A stretch of 64,000 nt of DNA from Oscillospiraceae bacterium (GTDB lineage: Bacteria; Bacillota; Clostridia; Oscillospirales; SIG627): the NCBI GenBank assembly GCA_015065085.1, contig SVQW01000001.1, forward strand, positions 21,750 through 85,749, read 5' to 3'. Below the pieces are notes generated by a model. That model was not told the DNA's origin. It did not search any database and saw only the letters and a program-made list of their open reading frames with translations. The stretch's first letter is position 1; every line of letters begins with the position of its first letter. Both the position numbers and the translations under genes were made by a program. Of this stretch, positions 16,767-25,289 are shown piece after piece.

Positions 16767-17272
16767 TGTTCATCCCCCTTTTGCGTCTGTTCACGAAGAG
16801 CACGCAGTATGCTTACGGTTTTTTCGGGAGTAAGAGAACCGTATGTCTCTTCATTTATCATCATAACGGGCGAGAGACTGCAGCATCCCAGACAAGCCAC
16901 ATTTTTCAATGTGAAAAGTCCGTCATCTGTTGTGTCACCGTCACCTATACCTAATTCTTCGGTTATTGCCGAAAGTATCCTTTCGGAGCCGTTCACATGG
17001 CATGCTGTTCCCTGGCACAGCATGATAAGATATTTTCCTACCGGCTTCATGCGGAACTGGGTGTAAAATGTTGCCACCCCCATTACTTTTGCCGGAGTGC
17101 TGCCGGTTCTTTCGGCAATATGATAAATCACATCTGTCGGAAGATATCCGTAAATATCTTGCGCTTTCTGCAGAATAGTGATAAGACTTCCGCTTATATC
17201 TGCATATTCTGCAAGAACGTTATCCATCAGCGACAGATCGCTTTTGTTGCAGTTACAGTTACAGTTGCACAT
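16763..17272 (-). CDS. NuoE/HydC-like [2Fe-2S] subunit with a Cys-Asn repeat N-terminus
   Basis: CQGTACHVNG...CLGCCSLSPVMMI thioredoxin-like 2Fe-2S motif. ATGA overlap with the NuoF-like gene. The N-terminus is MCNCNCNCN. Confidence 0.88.
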   Translation of the reverse strand: MCNCNCNCNKSDLSLMDNVLAEYADISGSLITILQKAQDIYGYLPTDVIYHIAERTGSTPAKVMGVATFYTQFRMKPVGKYLIMLCQGTACHVNGSERILSAITEELGIGDGDTTDDGLFTLKNVACLGCCSLSPVMMINEETYGSLTPEKTVSILRALREQTQKGDEQ

Positions 17273-17316
17273 TTTCTGTTCCTCTTTCTATGTTGCATTT
17301 AATTTAACACCACATA

Positions 17317-17345
17317 ATTATACTATAAAATCACGCATAAATCAA
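17317..17345 (-). promoter_or_regulatory. Sigma-A-type promoter for the NuoE/NuoF/GltD-like operon (TTGATT-17-TATAAT)
   Basis: Reverse complement reads TTGATTTATGCGTGATTTTATAGTATAAT, about 45 nt upstream of the ATG. Confidence 0.5.
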
Positions 17346-17482
17346 TAGTAATTTCAAGATAACATGCCATTTTGTTGAAAAGCCTAAAAAAACAAAAAAA
17401 CTGTAAAAATTACAGAAAAATTATCATATTGCATTGAAGTTGCTTGCAAAAAATGAAAAAAACAAAAAATTGCAAAAAACTA

Positions 17483-17511
17483 TTGACAAAATTTGATATC
17501 TGTGTTATAAT
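17483..17511 (+). promoter_or_regulatory. Consensus promoter for infC-rpmI-rplT (TTGACA-17-TATAAT with TGT extended -10), preceded by A-tracts
   Basis: TTGACAAAATTTGATATCTGTGTTATAAT read directly from the sequence. Confidence 0.6.
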
Positions 17512-17519
17512 AACGAAAC

Positions 17520-17640
17520 AAAGAAGAGGATTACTCCCACCCTGCGTACTCAGATACAGCAGCGGTCAATAGCTTCGGACTGCTTTTTGGCGGGTCTGTG
17601 TCTGTTGCCGTGGGTGATTCTCGCGGTATTTTTTATTTTT
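17520..17640 (+). promoter_or_regulatory. Structured infC leader ending in a hairpin plus ATTTTTTATTTTTT; a candidate L20-responsive attenuator
   Basis: About 135-nt 5' UTR with several stems and a U-run immediately before the infC RBS. It is in the position of the Firmicutes L20 leader. The family assignment was not verified. Confidence 0.4.
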
Positions 17641-17654
17641 TGGAGGTGCTTAGT

Positions 17655-18188
17655 ATCAGCACGAAAGAACTTCTTATCAACGAAGAGATAAAAGCCGCTC
17701 AGGTTCGTTTGGTAGGCACGGACGGAGAACAGATGGGAATTTTTAATTTTTCCGAAGCACTCAGCCTTGCATATAACAAGGGTCTTGACCTTGTTGAAAT
17801 GGCACCCGGTGCAAAGCCTCCGGTATGCCGCATAATGGACTACGGCAAGTATCGTTTCGAGCGCGAAAAGAAAGAAAAGGAATCACGCAAGAAACAAACG
17901 GTTGTCGAAATCAAAGAAATCAAGTTTTCCTGCCGTATTGATAAGCATGATTTTGAAACCAAGATTAACCACGCCCACAGATTTCTGCAGAGCGGAAACA
18001 AGGTGAAGATAACCATTACCTTTTCCGGTCGTGAAATGAACCGCCAGAGCATGGGTTATGAGCTTATGGAGCAGGTGGCACAGGCTTGTGAAGAGTTTGG
18101 CGCGGTAGATAAGAAGCCATCTGTTGAGGGAAGATATATGACAATGTTCATTGTTCCCAAGGCACCCGCAAATAACAAAGCAAATTAA
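17655..18188 (+). CDS. infC: Translation initiation factor IF-3, probable non-AUG (ATC) start
   Basis: ISTKELLINEEIKAAQVRLVGTDGEQMGI aligns with IF-3 N-termini from residue 1. GGAGG at 17642-17646 lies 8 nt before the ATC at 17655. There is no in-frame ATG near it. Confidence 0.85.
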   Translation: MSTKELLINEEIKAAQVRLVGTDGEQMGIFNFSEALSLAYNKGLDLVEMAPGAKPPVCRIMDYGKYRFEREKKEKESRKKQTVVEIKEIKFSCRIDKHDFETKINHAHRFLQSGNKVKITITFSGREMNRQSMGYELMEQVAQACEEFGAVDKKPSVEGRYMTMFIVPKAPANNKAN

Positions 18189-18207
18189 TAAAAGGAGAGA
18201 TAATAAA

Positions 18208-18408
18208 ATGGGAAAATTCAAGACACACAAGGCGTCTGCCAAGAGATTTACAGTGACCAAGAGCGGTCTTGTAAAGATGAATCATCAGGGAAGAAGACAT
18301 AAGCTGGGTCAGAAGACCACCAAGCGTAAGAGAATGCTCAGAAAGGCAGCTTACATCAGCGAGTCCTTTGCACCAATCATCAAGAGAATCGTTCCTTACA
18401 ACGGTTAA
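18208..18408 (+). CDS. rpmI: 50S ribosomal protein L35
   Basis: MGKFKTHKASAKRFTVTKSGLVKMNHQGRRHKL, with an AAAGGAGAG RBS. Confidence 0.93.
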   Translation: MGKFKTHKASAKRFTVTKSGLVKMNHQGRRHKLGQKTTKRKRMLRKAAYISESFAPIIKRIVPYNG

Positions 18409-18447
18409 TATTTAACTTACGTTTTACGAATTTAGGAGGAATTATAA

Positions 18448-18801
18448 ATGGCAAGAGTTAAAGGCGCTATGATGACGCGCAAAAGAAGAAAAAAAGTATT
18501 AAAGCTGGCTAAGGGCTACTGGGGTGCAAAGAGCAAACACTTCAAGATGGCTAAACAGGCCGTAATGAAGAGCGGTAACTATGCTTTCACCGGCAGAAAG
18601 ATGAAGAAGAGAGACTTCCGTTCTCTTTGGATTACCCGTATTTCCGCTCAGGCTAAGGTTAACGGTATCAACTATTCCCGCTTTATGTGCGGTCTGAAGA
18701 AGGCGGGCATCGACCTCAACAGAAAGATGCTGGCTGAACTCGCAGTAAGCGACAAAGAGGCATTTGCAAAGCTCGTTGAGCAGGCAAAGGCTGCATTATA
18801 A
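18448..18801 (+). CDS. rplT: 50S ribosomal protein L20
   Basis: [30 protein letters not shown]...[10 protein letters not shown]. Confidence 0.95.
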   Translation: MARVKGAMMTRKRRKKVLKLAKGYWGAKSKHFKMAKQAVMKSGNYAFTGRKMKKRDFRSLWITRISAQAKVNGINYSRFMCGLKKAGIDLNRKMLAELAVSDKEAFAKLVEQAKAAL

Positions 18802-18812
18802 GAATTATAATT

Positions 18813-18846
18813 GGCTGTAACAGGGAAGAAATTCCCCGTTGCAGCC
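18813..18846 (+). terminator. Hairpin after rplT (GGCTGTAACAGGG...CCCCGTTGCAGCC)
   Basis: Imperfect 13-bp stem with a weak T-tract. Confidence 0.45.
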
Positions 18847-18936
18847 TATTGCCGTAATTAGAGATAAATATAATCGGGACAACCTTTATCGGTTGTCCGT
18901 AATGTTATATTCCGAAAGTAAATACATAATATTGTT

Positions 18937-20295
18937 ATGAATAATAAAAACACACCTAATATCCGTATAAAGCTCATGCCCACACAAATAATACTTTTTG
19001 GTTTTCTTGCTTTGGTCGCAGTGGGCACACTTCTTCTTATGCTTCCGGTTTCATCAAGTACCGGGCAATGGACCGATCCTCTCACTGCATGCTTTACTTC
19101 TGTGAGTGCAAGCTGTGTAACAGGTCTTGTGATGGTGGATACCGCTACATACTGGAGCCTTTTCGGTCAGATAATAATATTGATAATGATACAGACAGGC
19201 GGCTTGGGCTTTATGTCCGTTTTGCTGATACTGTCTATGCTTATAAAGCGTCGCGTTACTCCGAGAGAAAGCATAATAATGGCTCAATCGCTGGGCTTTG
19301 ATTCCTATGGCGGATTTCGTAAAATTGCTTTGCGTATTGTGGGCGGAACGTTCGTGTTTGAATTCGTTGGTGCCGTGATACTCAGTGCAAGATTTATCCC
19401 GATTTTCGGAGCGGCAAAGGGAATATATTTCGGTATTTTCCATTCCGTATCTGCGTTCTGTAACGCAGGCTTCGATCTTATGGGGAATTTCAGTGGAAAA
19501 TTCTCAAGTCTTACGGCTTTTACCGATGATCCTACTGTCAACATAACAATAATGCTTCTTGTAATAATCGGAGGAATCGGATTTATTGTGTGGGAGGATG
19601 TCCTTTCATACAGCCGTGCCAAGGGACTGAGCTGCTATACCAAGCTGGTGCTGATTACGTCTTTTGTGCTTGTATTTTCTGGCGCTGTATTTACGTTTTT
19701 TGCAGAATCCGGAAATCCCGATTTTTCCGATATGACAGACAGAGTGCTTGCATCCTTTTTTCAATCGGTGTCTACAAGAACGGCGGGATTTAATACTGTT
19801 GAACTTACCGCACTTTCCGATATAACAAAAATGTTCAGCTCGATTCTTATGTTTATAGGCGGATCCGCAGGTTCTACGGCAGGCGGCGTAAAAACAGCTA
19901 CCGTGGCACTTCTTGTTATAACAGCTTTTCAGATTTCCGGAGGCAAAAAAGAAGTTACGGTTTTTAAAAGAAATATCGACACAGGTGTTATAGCCACTGC
20001 TTTGTCAGTTGCTGTAATTGCGTTGATTCTGGTGACATTATCAACTTTCGCAATTTGCTCTATTGATGGCATAAGCTTTACTGATTCCTTCTTTGAATGT
20101 GCAAGCGCACTCAATACTGTCGGCATGAGCATAGGCGTCGCGGGAAACGGGCATACGGTGTCAAAGTTAATTCTTATGCTTCTCATGTTTTGCGGGAGGG
20201 TTGGTATATTGACGATGACTTATTCAGCTTCGTTGCGCCGTGCACGCCGTGAATCAGCCGTCAAATATCCCTGCGGAAACATCATAATAGGTTAA
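18937..20295 (+). CDS. TrkH/KtrB-family K+ uptake membrane subunit
   Basis: 452 aa, polytopic, with repeated pore-loop signatures (QTGGLGF, CNAGFD, RTAGFNT, GGSAGSTAGGVK). Confidence 0.9.
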   Translation: MNNKNTPNIRIKLMPTQIILFGFLALVAVGTLLLMLPVSSSTGQWTDPLTACFTSVSASCVTGLVMVDTATYWSLFGQIIILIMIQTGGLGFMSVLLILSMLIKRRVTPRESIIMAQSLGFDSYGGFRKIALRIVGGTFVFEFVGAVILSARFIPIFGAAKGIYFGIFHSVSAFCNAGFDLMGNFSGKFSSLTAFTDDPTVNITIMLLVIIGGIGFIVWEDVLSYSRAKGLSCYTKLVLITSFVLVFSGAVFTFFAESGNPDFSDMTDRVLASFFQSVSTRTAGFNTVELTALSDITKMFSSILMFIGGSAGSTAGGVKTATVALLVITAFQISGGKKEVTVFKRNIDTGVIATALSVAVIALILVTLSTFAICSIDGISFTDSFFECASALNTVGMSIGVAGNGHTVSKLILMLLMFCGRVGILTMTYSASLRRARRESAVKYPCGNIIIG

Positions 20296-20306
20296 AGGAG
20301 AAGAAT

Positions 20307-20960
20307 ATGAAATCCTTCGCAATAATAGGTCTTGGAAATTTTGGTACAACTTTAGCTCTTACACTGGCGCAGAATCAGCATCAGGTTCTTGTTATCGACG
20401 AAGATGCCGAAAAGGTGGAAGAAATAAGCGATTACGTTACAAATGCCGTTATAGGCGATTCCACTGACCGCGCAGTTCTTGAGACCGCGGGAATTACTGA
20501 TTACGACTGTGCTGTGGTGGCAATTTCAAATAATATGGAGTGCAGTATTCTAACTACACTTCTTCTTGAAGATATGGGGATAAGTCAGGTGGTGGCACGC
20601 GCCGTAAGCGACAATCATGCTAAGGTTTTACAGCGCGTCGGTGCCGATATCGTTGTATTCCCCGAACGTGATATGGGCGAAAAGCTGGCGTATAAGCTTG
20701 ATAAAAACAATGTACTTGATTACATCGAATTCAGCGAGGATTATTCTCTTGTCGAAGCAAAGGTGCCTGTGAGATGGGTTGGTAAATCGTTGCGTGAGTT
20801 GGATATACGCCGTAAATACAAAATAAACATCATTGCCGTTATAAAGGATCATCCATACAGGAAAATAGAAATCAACCCCGACCCGGATGCACCCTTTGAG
20901 GCAGATGATACTCTTGCAATGGTGGGACTGAATTCCGATTTGGATAAGGTGAACGGCTGA
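20307..20960 (+). CDS. TrkA/KtrA-family K+ uptake regulatory subunit (RCK-N plus RCK-C)
   Basis: Rossmann motif IIGLGNFGTTLA. 217 aa. Directly follows the TrkH-family gene. Confidence 0.9.
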   Translation: MKSFAIIGLGNFGTTLALTLAQNQHQVLVIDEDAEKVEEISDYVTNAVIGDSTDRAVLETAGITDYDCAVVAISNNMECSILTTLLLEDMGISQVVARAVSDNHAKVLQRVGADIVVFPERDMGEKLAYKLDKNNVLDYIEFSEDYSLVEAKVPVRWVGKSLRELDIRRKYKINIIAVIKDHPYRKIEINPDPDAPFEADDTLAMVGLNSDLDKVNG

Positions 20961-21775
20961 TGGAGAGTATCACTTCAAGAAAAAATCCGCTAATTTTGGA
21001 AATTTCAAAACTGAAAATGAAAAAATACCGTGACGAAAAAGCGCTTTTCATAGTTGAAGGCAAAAAGCTTTTTTCGGAGGCGGTGAAAGCGGGACTTGTC
21101 CCAAAATATGTTTTTCTTTGCGATGATGCGTCGGAAGAAGTTGAGGTTTGCTTTGATAATTGCCGAACATTTTCACTAACTCGCCAGGTATATGAAAAAA
21201 TAACCACAGAAAAATCTCCCCAGGGTATAATGGGTGTATTTCCGTACGGCGAAAATATAATAAGATGCAATGATGACATATCGGAAAACGAAAGTTTTAA
21301 TAAAATTAATGAAGTATTCAAATCTGCAACAAATGGCTACATTATAATAGAGAATGTGCAAGACCCCGGAAACGTTGGAACAATTATCCGCACCGCACTT
21401 GCTTTCGGTATCGATGCGGTGCTGTGTGTAGATGGGGCGGATGTGTATAATCCCAAAACCATGCGTGCGGCGATGGGGGCACTTTTCGGAATGAAAACAG
21501 TTATTTGCCGTGATATTTTTCAGGCTGTTAATTTTGCACGTAAAAGTACATCAGCCATATATGCGGCGGCACTTGATAAAACCAGCATTTCGATTGATAA
21601 AGCCGATTTCTCACAGCCACGTGCCGTCATGATAGGTAATGAGGGCAACGGGCTTACCGCCGAAGCATTATCTGTTTGTGACAGTCGGGTAATAATACCT
21701 ATAAGCGACAAATCCGAGTCGCTTAACGCAGGAATTGCGGCAGCCGTTTTCATGGATCATATGAGGAGGCATTAA
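20960..21775 (+). CDS. TrmH/SpoU-family RNA 2'-O-methyltransferase
   Basis: ENVQDPGNVGTIIRTALAFG, IGNEGNGL and SLNAGIAAAV SPOUT motifs. The start overlaps the upstream stop (TGATG). Confidence 0.85.
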   Translation: MESITSRKNPLILEISKLKMKKYRDEKALFIVEGKKLFSEAVKAGLVPKYVFLCDDASEEVEVCFDNCRTFSLTRQVYEKITTEKSPQGIMGVFPYGENIIRCNDDISENESFNKINEVFKSATNGYIIIENVQDPGNVGTIIRTALAFGIDAVLCVDGADVYNPKTMRAAMGALFGMKTVICRDIFQAVNFARKSTSAIYAAALDKTSISIDKADFSQPRAVMIGNEGNGLTAEALSVCDSRVIIPISDKSESLNAGIAAAVFMDHMRRH

Positions 21776-21776
21776 C

Positions 21777-23006
21777 ATTAACGAGCTTGTATACTGGGTC
21801 TGGCTTTCGCTGTGTTATTCTTCGAGCAGTAATATTCCCAAAAAGCTTATAGAGCATTTCGGTTCACCGCAAAATGCGTTTGAGGCCTCAGATGAGGAAT
21901 ATAAATCGCTCACGCGTAAGCCTGAACCTTTGATGGATAAAAATTTGGATATTGCCACAGATATTGTTAAATACACCGAACAAAACGGTGTAACTGTTAT
22001 TACCTATAATGATGTCAGATATCCGAAAAGACTTAAAAGAATTGATAACTGTCCGATTGTTCTTTACTGCAAGGGAGACCTCGGATGTCTTGATGAATTA
22101 CCGTCGGTAGGTGTTGTAGGTACGCGAAGATACAGCGCGCAGGGCGAACGAATTACAAAGCGTATTTCCTACGACCTTTCGCGAAGCGGTTTCACCATTG
22201 TCAGCGGTCTTGCAAGGGGAATAGATTCCTTTGCACATAAAGCGGCACTTTACAATAAATCCAAAACCGTTGCTGTTCTCGGATGTGGTATAGATGTGAT
22301 ATATCCTCCCGAAAACCGTGAACTTACATTAAGAATGTATGAAAACGCTTTGGTAATAACTGAGTTTGCGCCCGGTACAAGACCGCTTGCCTGGAACTTC
22401 CCCGCGCGTAACAGAATAATAAGTGCACTTTCGGATGTGGTTTTTGTGGCGGAGTGTACACTTAAAAGTGGAACCATAATCACCGCTGACCACGCATTTG
22501 AACATAATATACCGGTCTGTATGCATGATGCTTTGTGCGGTGACGCATTGGGATATCTCAAGGGCAAGGGTGCTGTGAGCGTTACCAATTCGGATGACAT
22601 AACATGCCGTTTGCGCGAGCGTTATCCACAACTTAAGCCGATAAGCGAGCTTCCGAAGCTTGAAAAGCTTTTGCCGGATGAGGTAGTGGTAACCGTTTCA
22701 CCGCTAAACCCATTTAAACCGTCGCCTAAAAAGAAATCCGACGTCATAATAAAAGAAAATATCATTTCTGACCCTGTTCCCGAGAGAAAAACAGAAATCA
22801 TACAACCGACGACTGATGTACTTGATGAGCAGGAAAAAGCTGTATTGAAGCTGTTGGAAATAAAGCCCATGGATATTGACCAGATGGCTGAAAGCGGATT
22901 TGACGTTTCTCAGCTTCTCAGAACTCTCACCATTCTTGAAATAAAGGGTATGGTTATTTCCGTCGCAGGCGGAAAATATGTAAAAAACTTAGCTGAAAGG
23001 ATATAA
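21777..23006 (+). CDS. dprA: DNA-processing protein DprA (start codon uncertain; probable non-canonical ATT at 21777, first ATG at 21933)
   Basis: Rossmann-like core VGVVGTRRYSAQGE...SGLARGIDSFAHKAAL...VLGCGIDVIYPPEN plus a C-terminal winged helix. The frame upstream of the first ATG encodes a DprA-like N-terminal segment (ELVYWVWLSL...LIEHFGSPQNAFEAS). Confidence 0.8.
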   Translation: MNELVYWVWLSLCYSSSSNIPKKLIEHFGSPQNAFEASDEEYKSLTRKPEPLMDKNLDIATDIVKYTEQNGVTVITYNDVRYPKRLKRIDNCPIVLYCKGDLGCLDELPSVGVVGTRRYSAQGERITKRISYDLSRSGFTIVSGLARGIDSFAHKAALYNKSKTVAVLGCGIDVIYPPENRELTLRMYENALVITEFAPGTRPLAWNFPARNRIISALSDVVFVAECTLKSGTIITADHAFEHNIPVCMHDALCGDALGYLKGKGAVSVTNSDDITCRLRERYPQLKPISELPKLEKLLPDEVVVTVSPLNPFKPSPKKKSDVIIKENIISDPVPERKTEIIQPTTDVLDEQEKAVLKLLEIKPMDIDQMAESGFDVSQLLRTLTILEIKGMVISVAGGKYVKNLAERI

Positions 23007-23020
23007 ATCGTTATTTCATT

Positions 23021-25282
23021 ATGAAAAAAACACTGGTAATCGTGGAGTCTCCCGCTAAAGCAAATACAATTAAAAACTATCTCGGCTCCGGCTATAAGGT
23101 CGTTGCCTCCAAAGGACATTTGCGCGACCTGCCAAAAAGCACATTTGGCATAGATATAGAGAATAATTATGAGCCCAAGTATATAAATATCCGCGGAAAA
23201 GGTTCGTTGATTAATGAATTGAAAAAGGAAGCAAAGACCTCTCAGCAGGTTTTCCTTGCAACTGACCCTGACCGCGAGGGAGAGGCTATTTCCTGGCATC
23301 TTGCGCAGATGCTGGGACTTGATATCGAAAAGCCCAACAGAGTAACCTTTAATGAAATTACAAAAAATGCCGTGCGTTCTGCAATAGCATCTCCCCAGGC
23401 AATAAACATGGATAAAGTAAATTCACAGCAGGCGCGCCGAATTGTGGACAGAATTGTGGGCTATAAACTCAGTCCACTTTTGTGGAAAAAGGTCAGAAAC
23501 GGGCTTTCTGCAGGACGTGTTCAGTCCGTTGCTACAAAAATGATTGTTGAGCGTGAGGAAGAAATAGCCGCTTTCGTGAGGGAAGAGTATTGGACCATTG
23601 ATGCAAAATTCCTTTCGTCTTCACAGAAATCTTTCAAGGCTTATTTTTACGGCAACCGTGCGGGAAAAACAGAGCTTGCCGACAAACAGGCGGCAGATAA
23701 AGTTCTGAATGCGCTTGATGGTGCGGCTTTCCATGTGGATCATATCAAGAAGAGCAAAAAAACAAAAAATCCTCCCGCACCGTTTATCACATCACAGCTT
23801 CAGCAGGATGCATACCGCCGTCTTAATTTCCAGAGTATACGCACTATGCGTATTGCCCAGGAACTTTACGAAGGTATTGTTATCGGAAATAAGGGCGAAC
23901 AAGGTCTTATTACCTATATGAGAACCGACTCCACGCGCATCTCCGACGAGGCGCAGGCGGCGGCAAAAAGCTATATAGTTTCTAACTATGGTGAGAATTA
24001 CTATCCTTCTGTTCCCAATGAGTACAAGAGCAAAAAGAAGGTTCAGGATGCTCACGAAGCTATCCGTCCGGCAGATGTAAATCTCCGCCCCGACGATATA
24101 AAGCCTTTTCTTACCAATGAGCAGTACAAGCTGTATAAGCTTATCTGGGAACGCTTTATAGCCAGCCAGATGTCACCTGCGCTGTATGACACACTCAGTG
24201 TTGATATAGTTTCCGATACCAAGGATGAATATGTATTCCGCGCGTCGGGAGACACACTGAAATTTGCCGGCTTTACCACTATATATAAGGAATCTACCGA
24301 CAACGATGAGCCAAAGCAGGAAAAAGCATCAAAAATTCCCGCACTTTCCGACGGAGAGCCTGTAACACTGGAAGCCTTTGAGCCGGCACAGAACTTTACT
24401 CAACCACCTCAGAGGTATACAGAAGCAACCCTCATAAAGGCGATGGAGGAAAAGGGGATAGGACGTCCCAGCACTTATTCTCCCACGCTTTCCACAATAA
24501 TTTCCAGAGGATATGCCGAACGTGAGGGTAAGTTCCTTAAGCCCAAGCCGTTGGGTACCGTTACCACTGATATTATGCGCGATAATTTTGCCACTGTTGT
24601 GGATTATAAATTCACCGCAAATATGGAAGATGACCTGGATGCCATAGAAAACGGTGAGAAGGATTACAAGAAAATAGTTGATGAGTTTTACGGCGAATTC
24701 AACACACTTCTGAAAAAAGCAGAATCTACGCTTCAGAAAGAAGAAATCGACGTTCCGGTTGAAAAGCTTGATGTCAAATGTGAAAAATGCGGTGGGGATA
24801 TGGTTATAAAGCGCGGTCGCTTCGGTCGTTTTGCCGCTTGTGCCAACTATCCTCAGTGCCGTAACACCAAGCCGCTTGACAAAACGGGCAATATTGTTGC
24901 TCAGGAGCCTCCAAAGCCGGTAGAGGGCATGAAATGCCCCGAATGCGGTTCTGACGTATTCCTCAGAAGCGGTGCATACGGCGAATATTATGCCTGTGCA
25001 AAATACCCCGAATGTAAATACACAAAGCAGATTCAGAAAAAAATAGGAGTCAAATGTCCCAAATGCGGCGGTGACATTGTTGAAAAGCGAGGCAAAAAGA
25101 AAATATTCTACGGTTGTGACAATTATCCTAATTGTGATTTTTCCACATGGAATATGCCTACCGACAAAAAATGTCCCGAATGCGGAAGCATTATGGCGCT
25201 TCACAAGTATAAAGCCGGCGACAAACTTGTTTGCATAAACACAGAGTGCGGACATAAAGAAGATGCCGCTGTTAACAGCTGA
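23021..25282 (+). CDS. topA: DNA topoisomerase I with four C-terminal Cys4 zinc ribbons
   Basis: TOPRIM region [18 protein letters not shown], active-site region ITYMRTDS, and four CxxC...CxxC modules in the C-terminus. Confidence 0.95.
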   Translation: MKKTLVIVESPAKANTIKNYLGSGYKVVASKGHLRDLPKSTFGIDIENNYEPKYINIRGKGSLINELKKEAKTSQQVFLATDPDREGEAISWHLAQMLGLDIEKPNRVTFNEITKNAVRSAIASPQAINMDKVNSQQARRIVDRIVGYKLSPLLWKKVRNGLSAGRVQSVATKMIVEREEEIAAFVREEYWTIDAKFLSSSQKSFKAYFYGNRAGKTELADKQAADKVLNALDGAAFHVDHIKKSKKTKNPPAPFITSQLQQDAYRRLNFQSIRTMRIAQELYEGIVIGNKGEQGLITYMRTDSTRISDEAQAAAKSYIVSNYGENYYPSVPNEYKSKKKVQDAHEAIRPADVNLRPDDIKPFLTNEQYKLYKLIWERFIASQMSPALYDTLSVDIVSDTKDEYVFRASGDTLKFAGFTTIYKESTDNDEPKQEKASKIPALSDGEPVTLEAFEPAQNFTQPPQRYTEATLIKAMEEKGIGRPSTYSPTLSTIISRGYAEREGKFLKPKPLGTVTTDIMRDNFATVVDYKFTANMEDDLDAIENGEKDYKKIVDEFYGEFNTLLKKAESTLQKEEIDVPVEKLDVKCEKCGGDMVIKRGRFGRFAACANYPQCRNTKPLDKTGNIVAQEPPKPVEGMKCPECGSDVFLRSGAYGEYYACAKYPECKYTKQIQKKIGVKCPKCGGDIVEKRGKKKIFYGCDNYPNCDFSTWNMPTDKKCPECGSIMALHKYKAGDKLVCINTECGHKEDAAVNS

Positions 25283-25289
25283 GGAAATT

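Noticed and set aside
17330-17482. Rex-type operator (TTGTGAA-N6-TTCACAA) upstream of the NuoE/NuoF/GltD-like operon, within the A-rich divergent promoter region.
   Set aside because: I found only a weak half-site (TTGTTGAA) with no properly spaced partner. The A-tracts and the repeated TTGCAAAAAA look like curved/UP-element DNA rather than a defined operator.
18802-18936. Possible c-di-AMP (ydaO-type) or other riboswitch in the 135-nt region upstream of the TrkH-family K+ transporter gene.
   Set aside because: The region holds only the rplT terminator-like hairpin and one further simple hairpin (GGACAACC...GGTTGTCC). I could not find the conserved ydaO core elements, and the space is too short for that pseudo-symmetric fold.
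22622-22630. Perfect DnaA-box 9-mer TTATCCACA, with a second on the other strand at 43250-43258 (TGTGGATAA).
   Set aside because: These are isolated single boxes inside coding sequences (dprA and the 729-aa gene), not clustered in an AT-rich intergenic region. There is no evidence for an origin. dnaA and oriC are not in this window.
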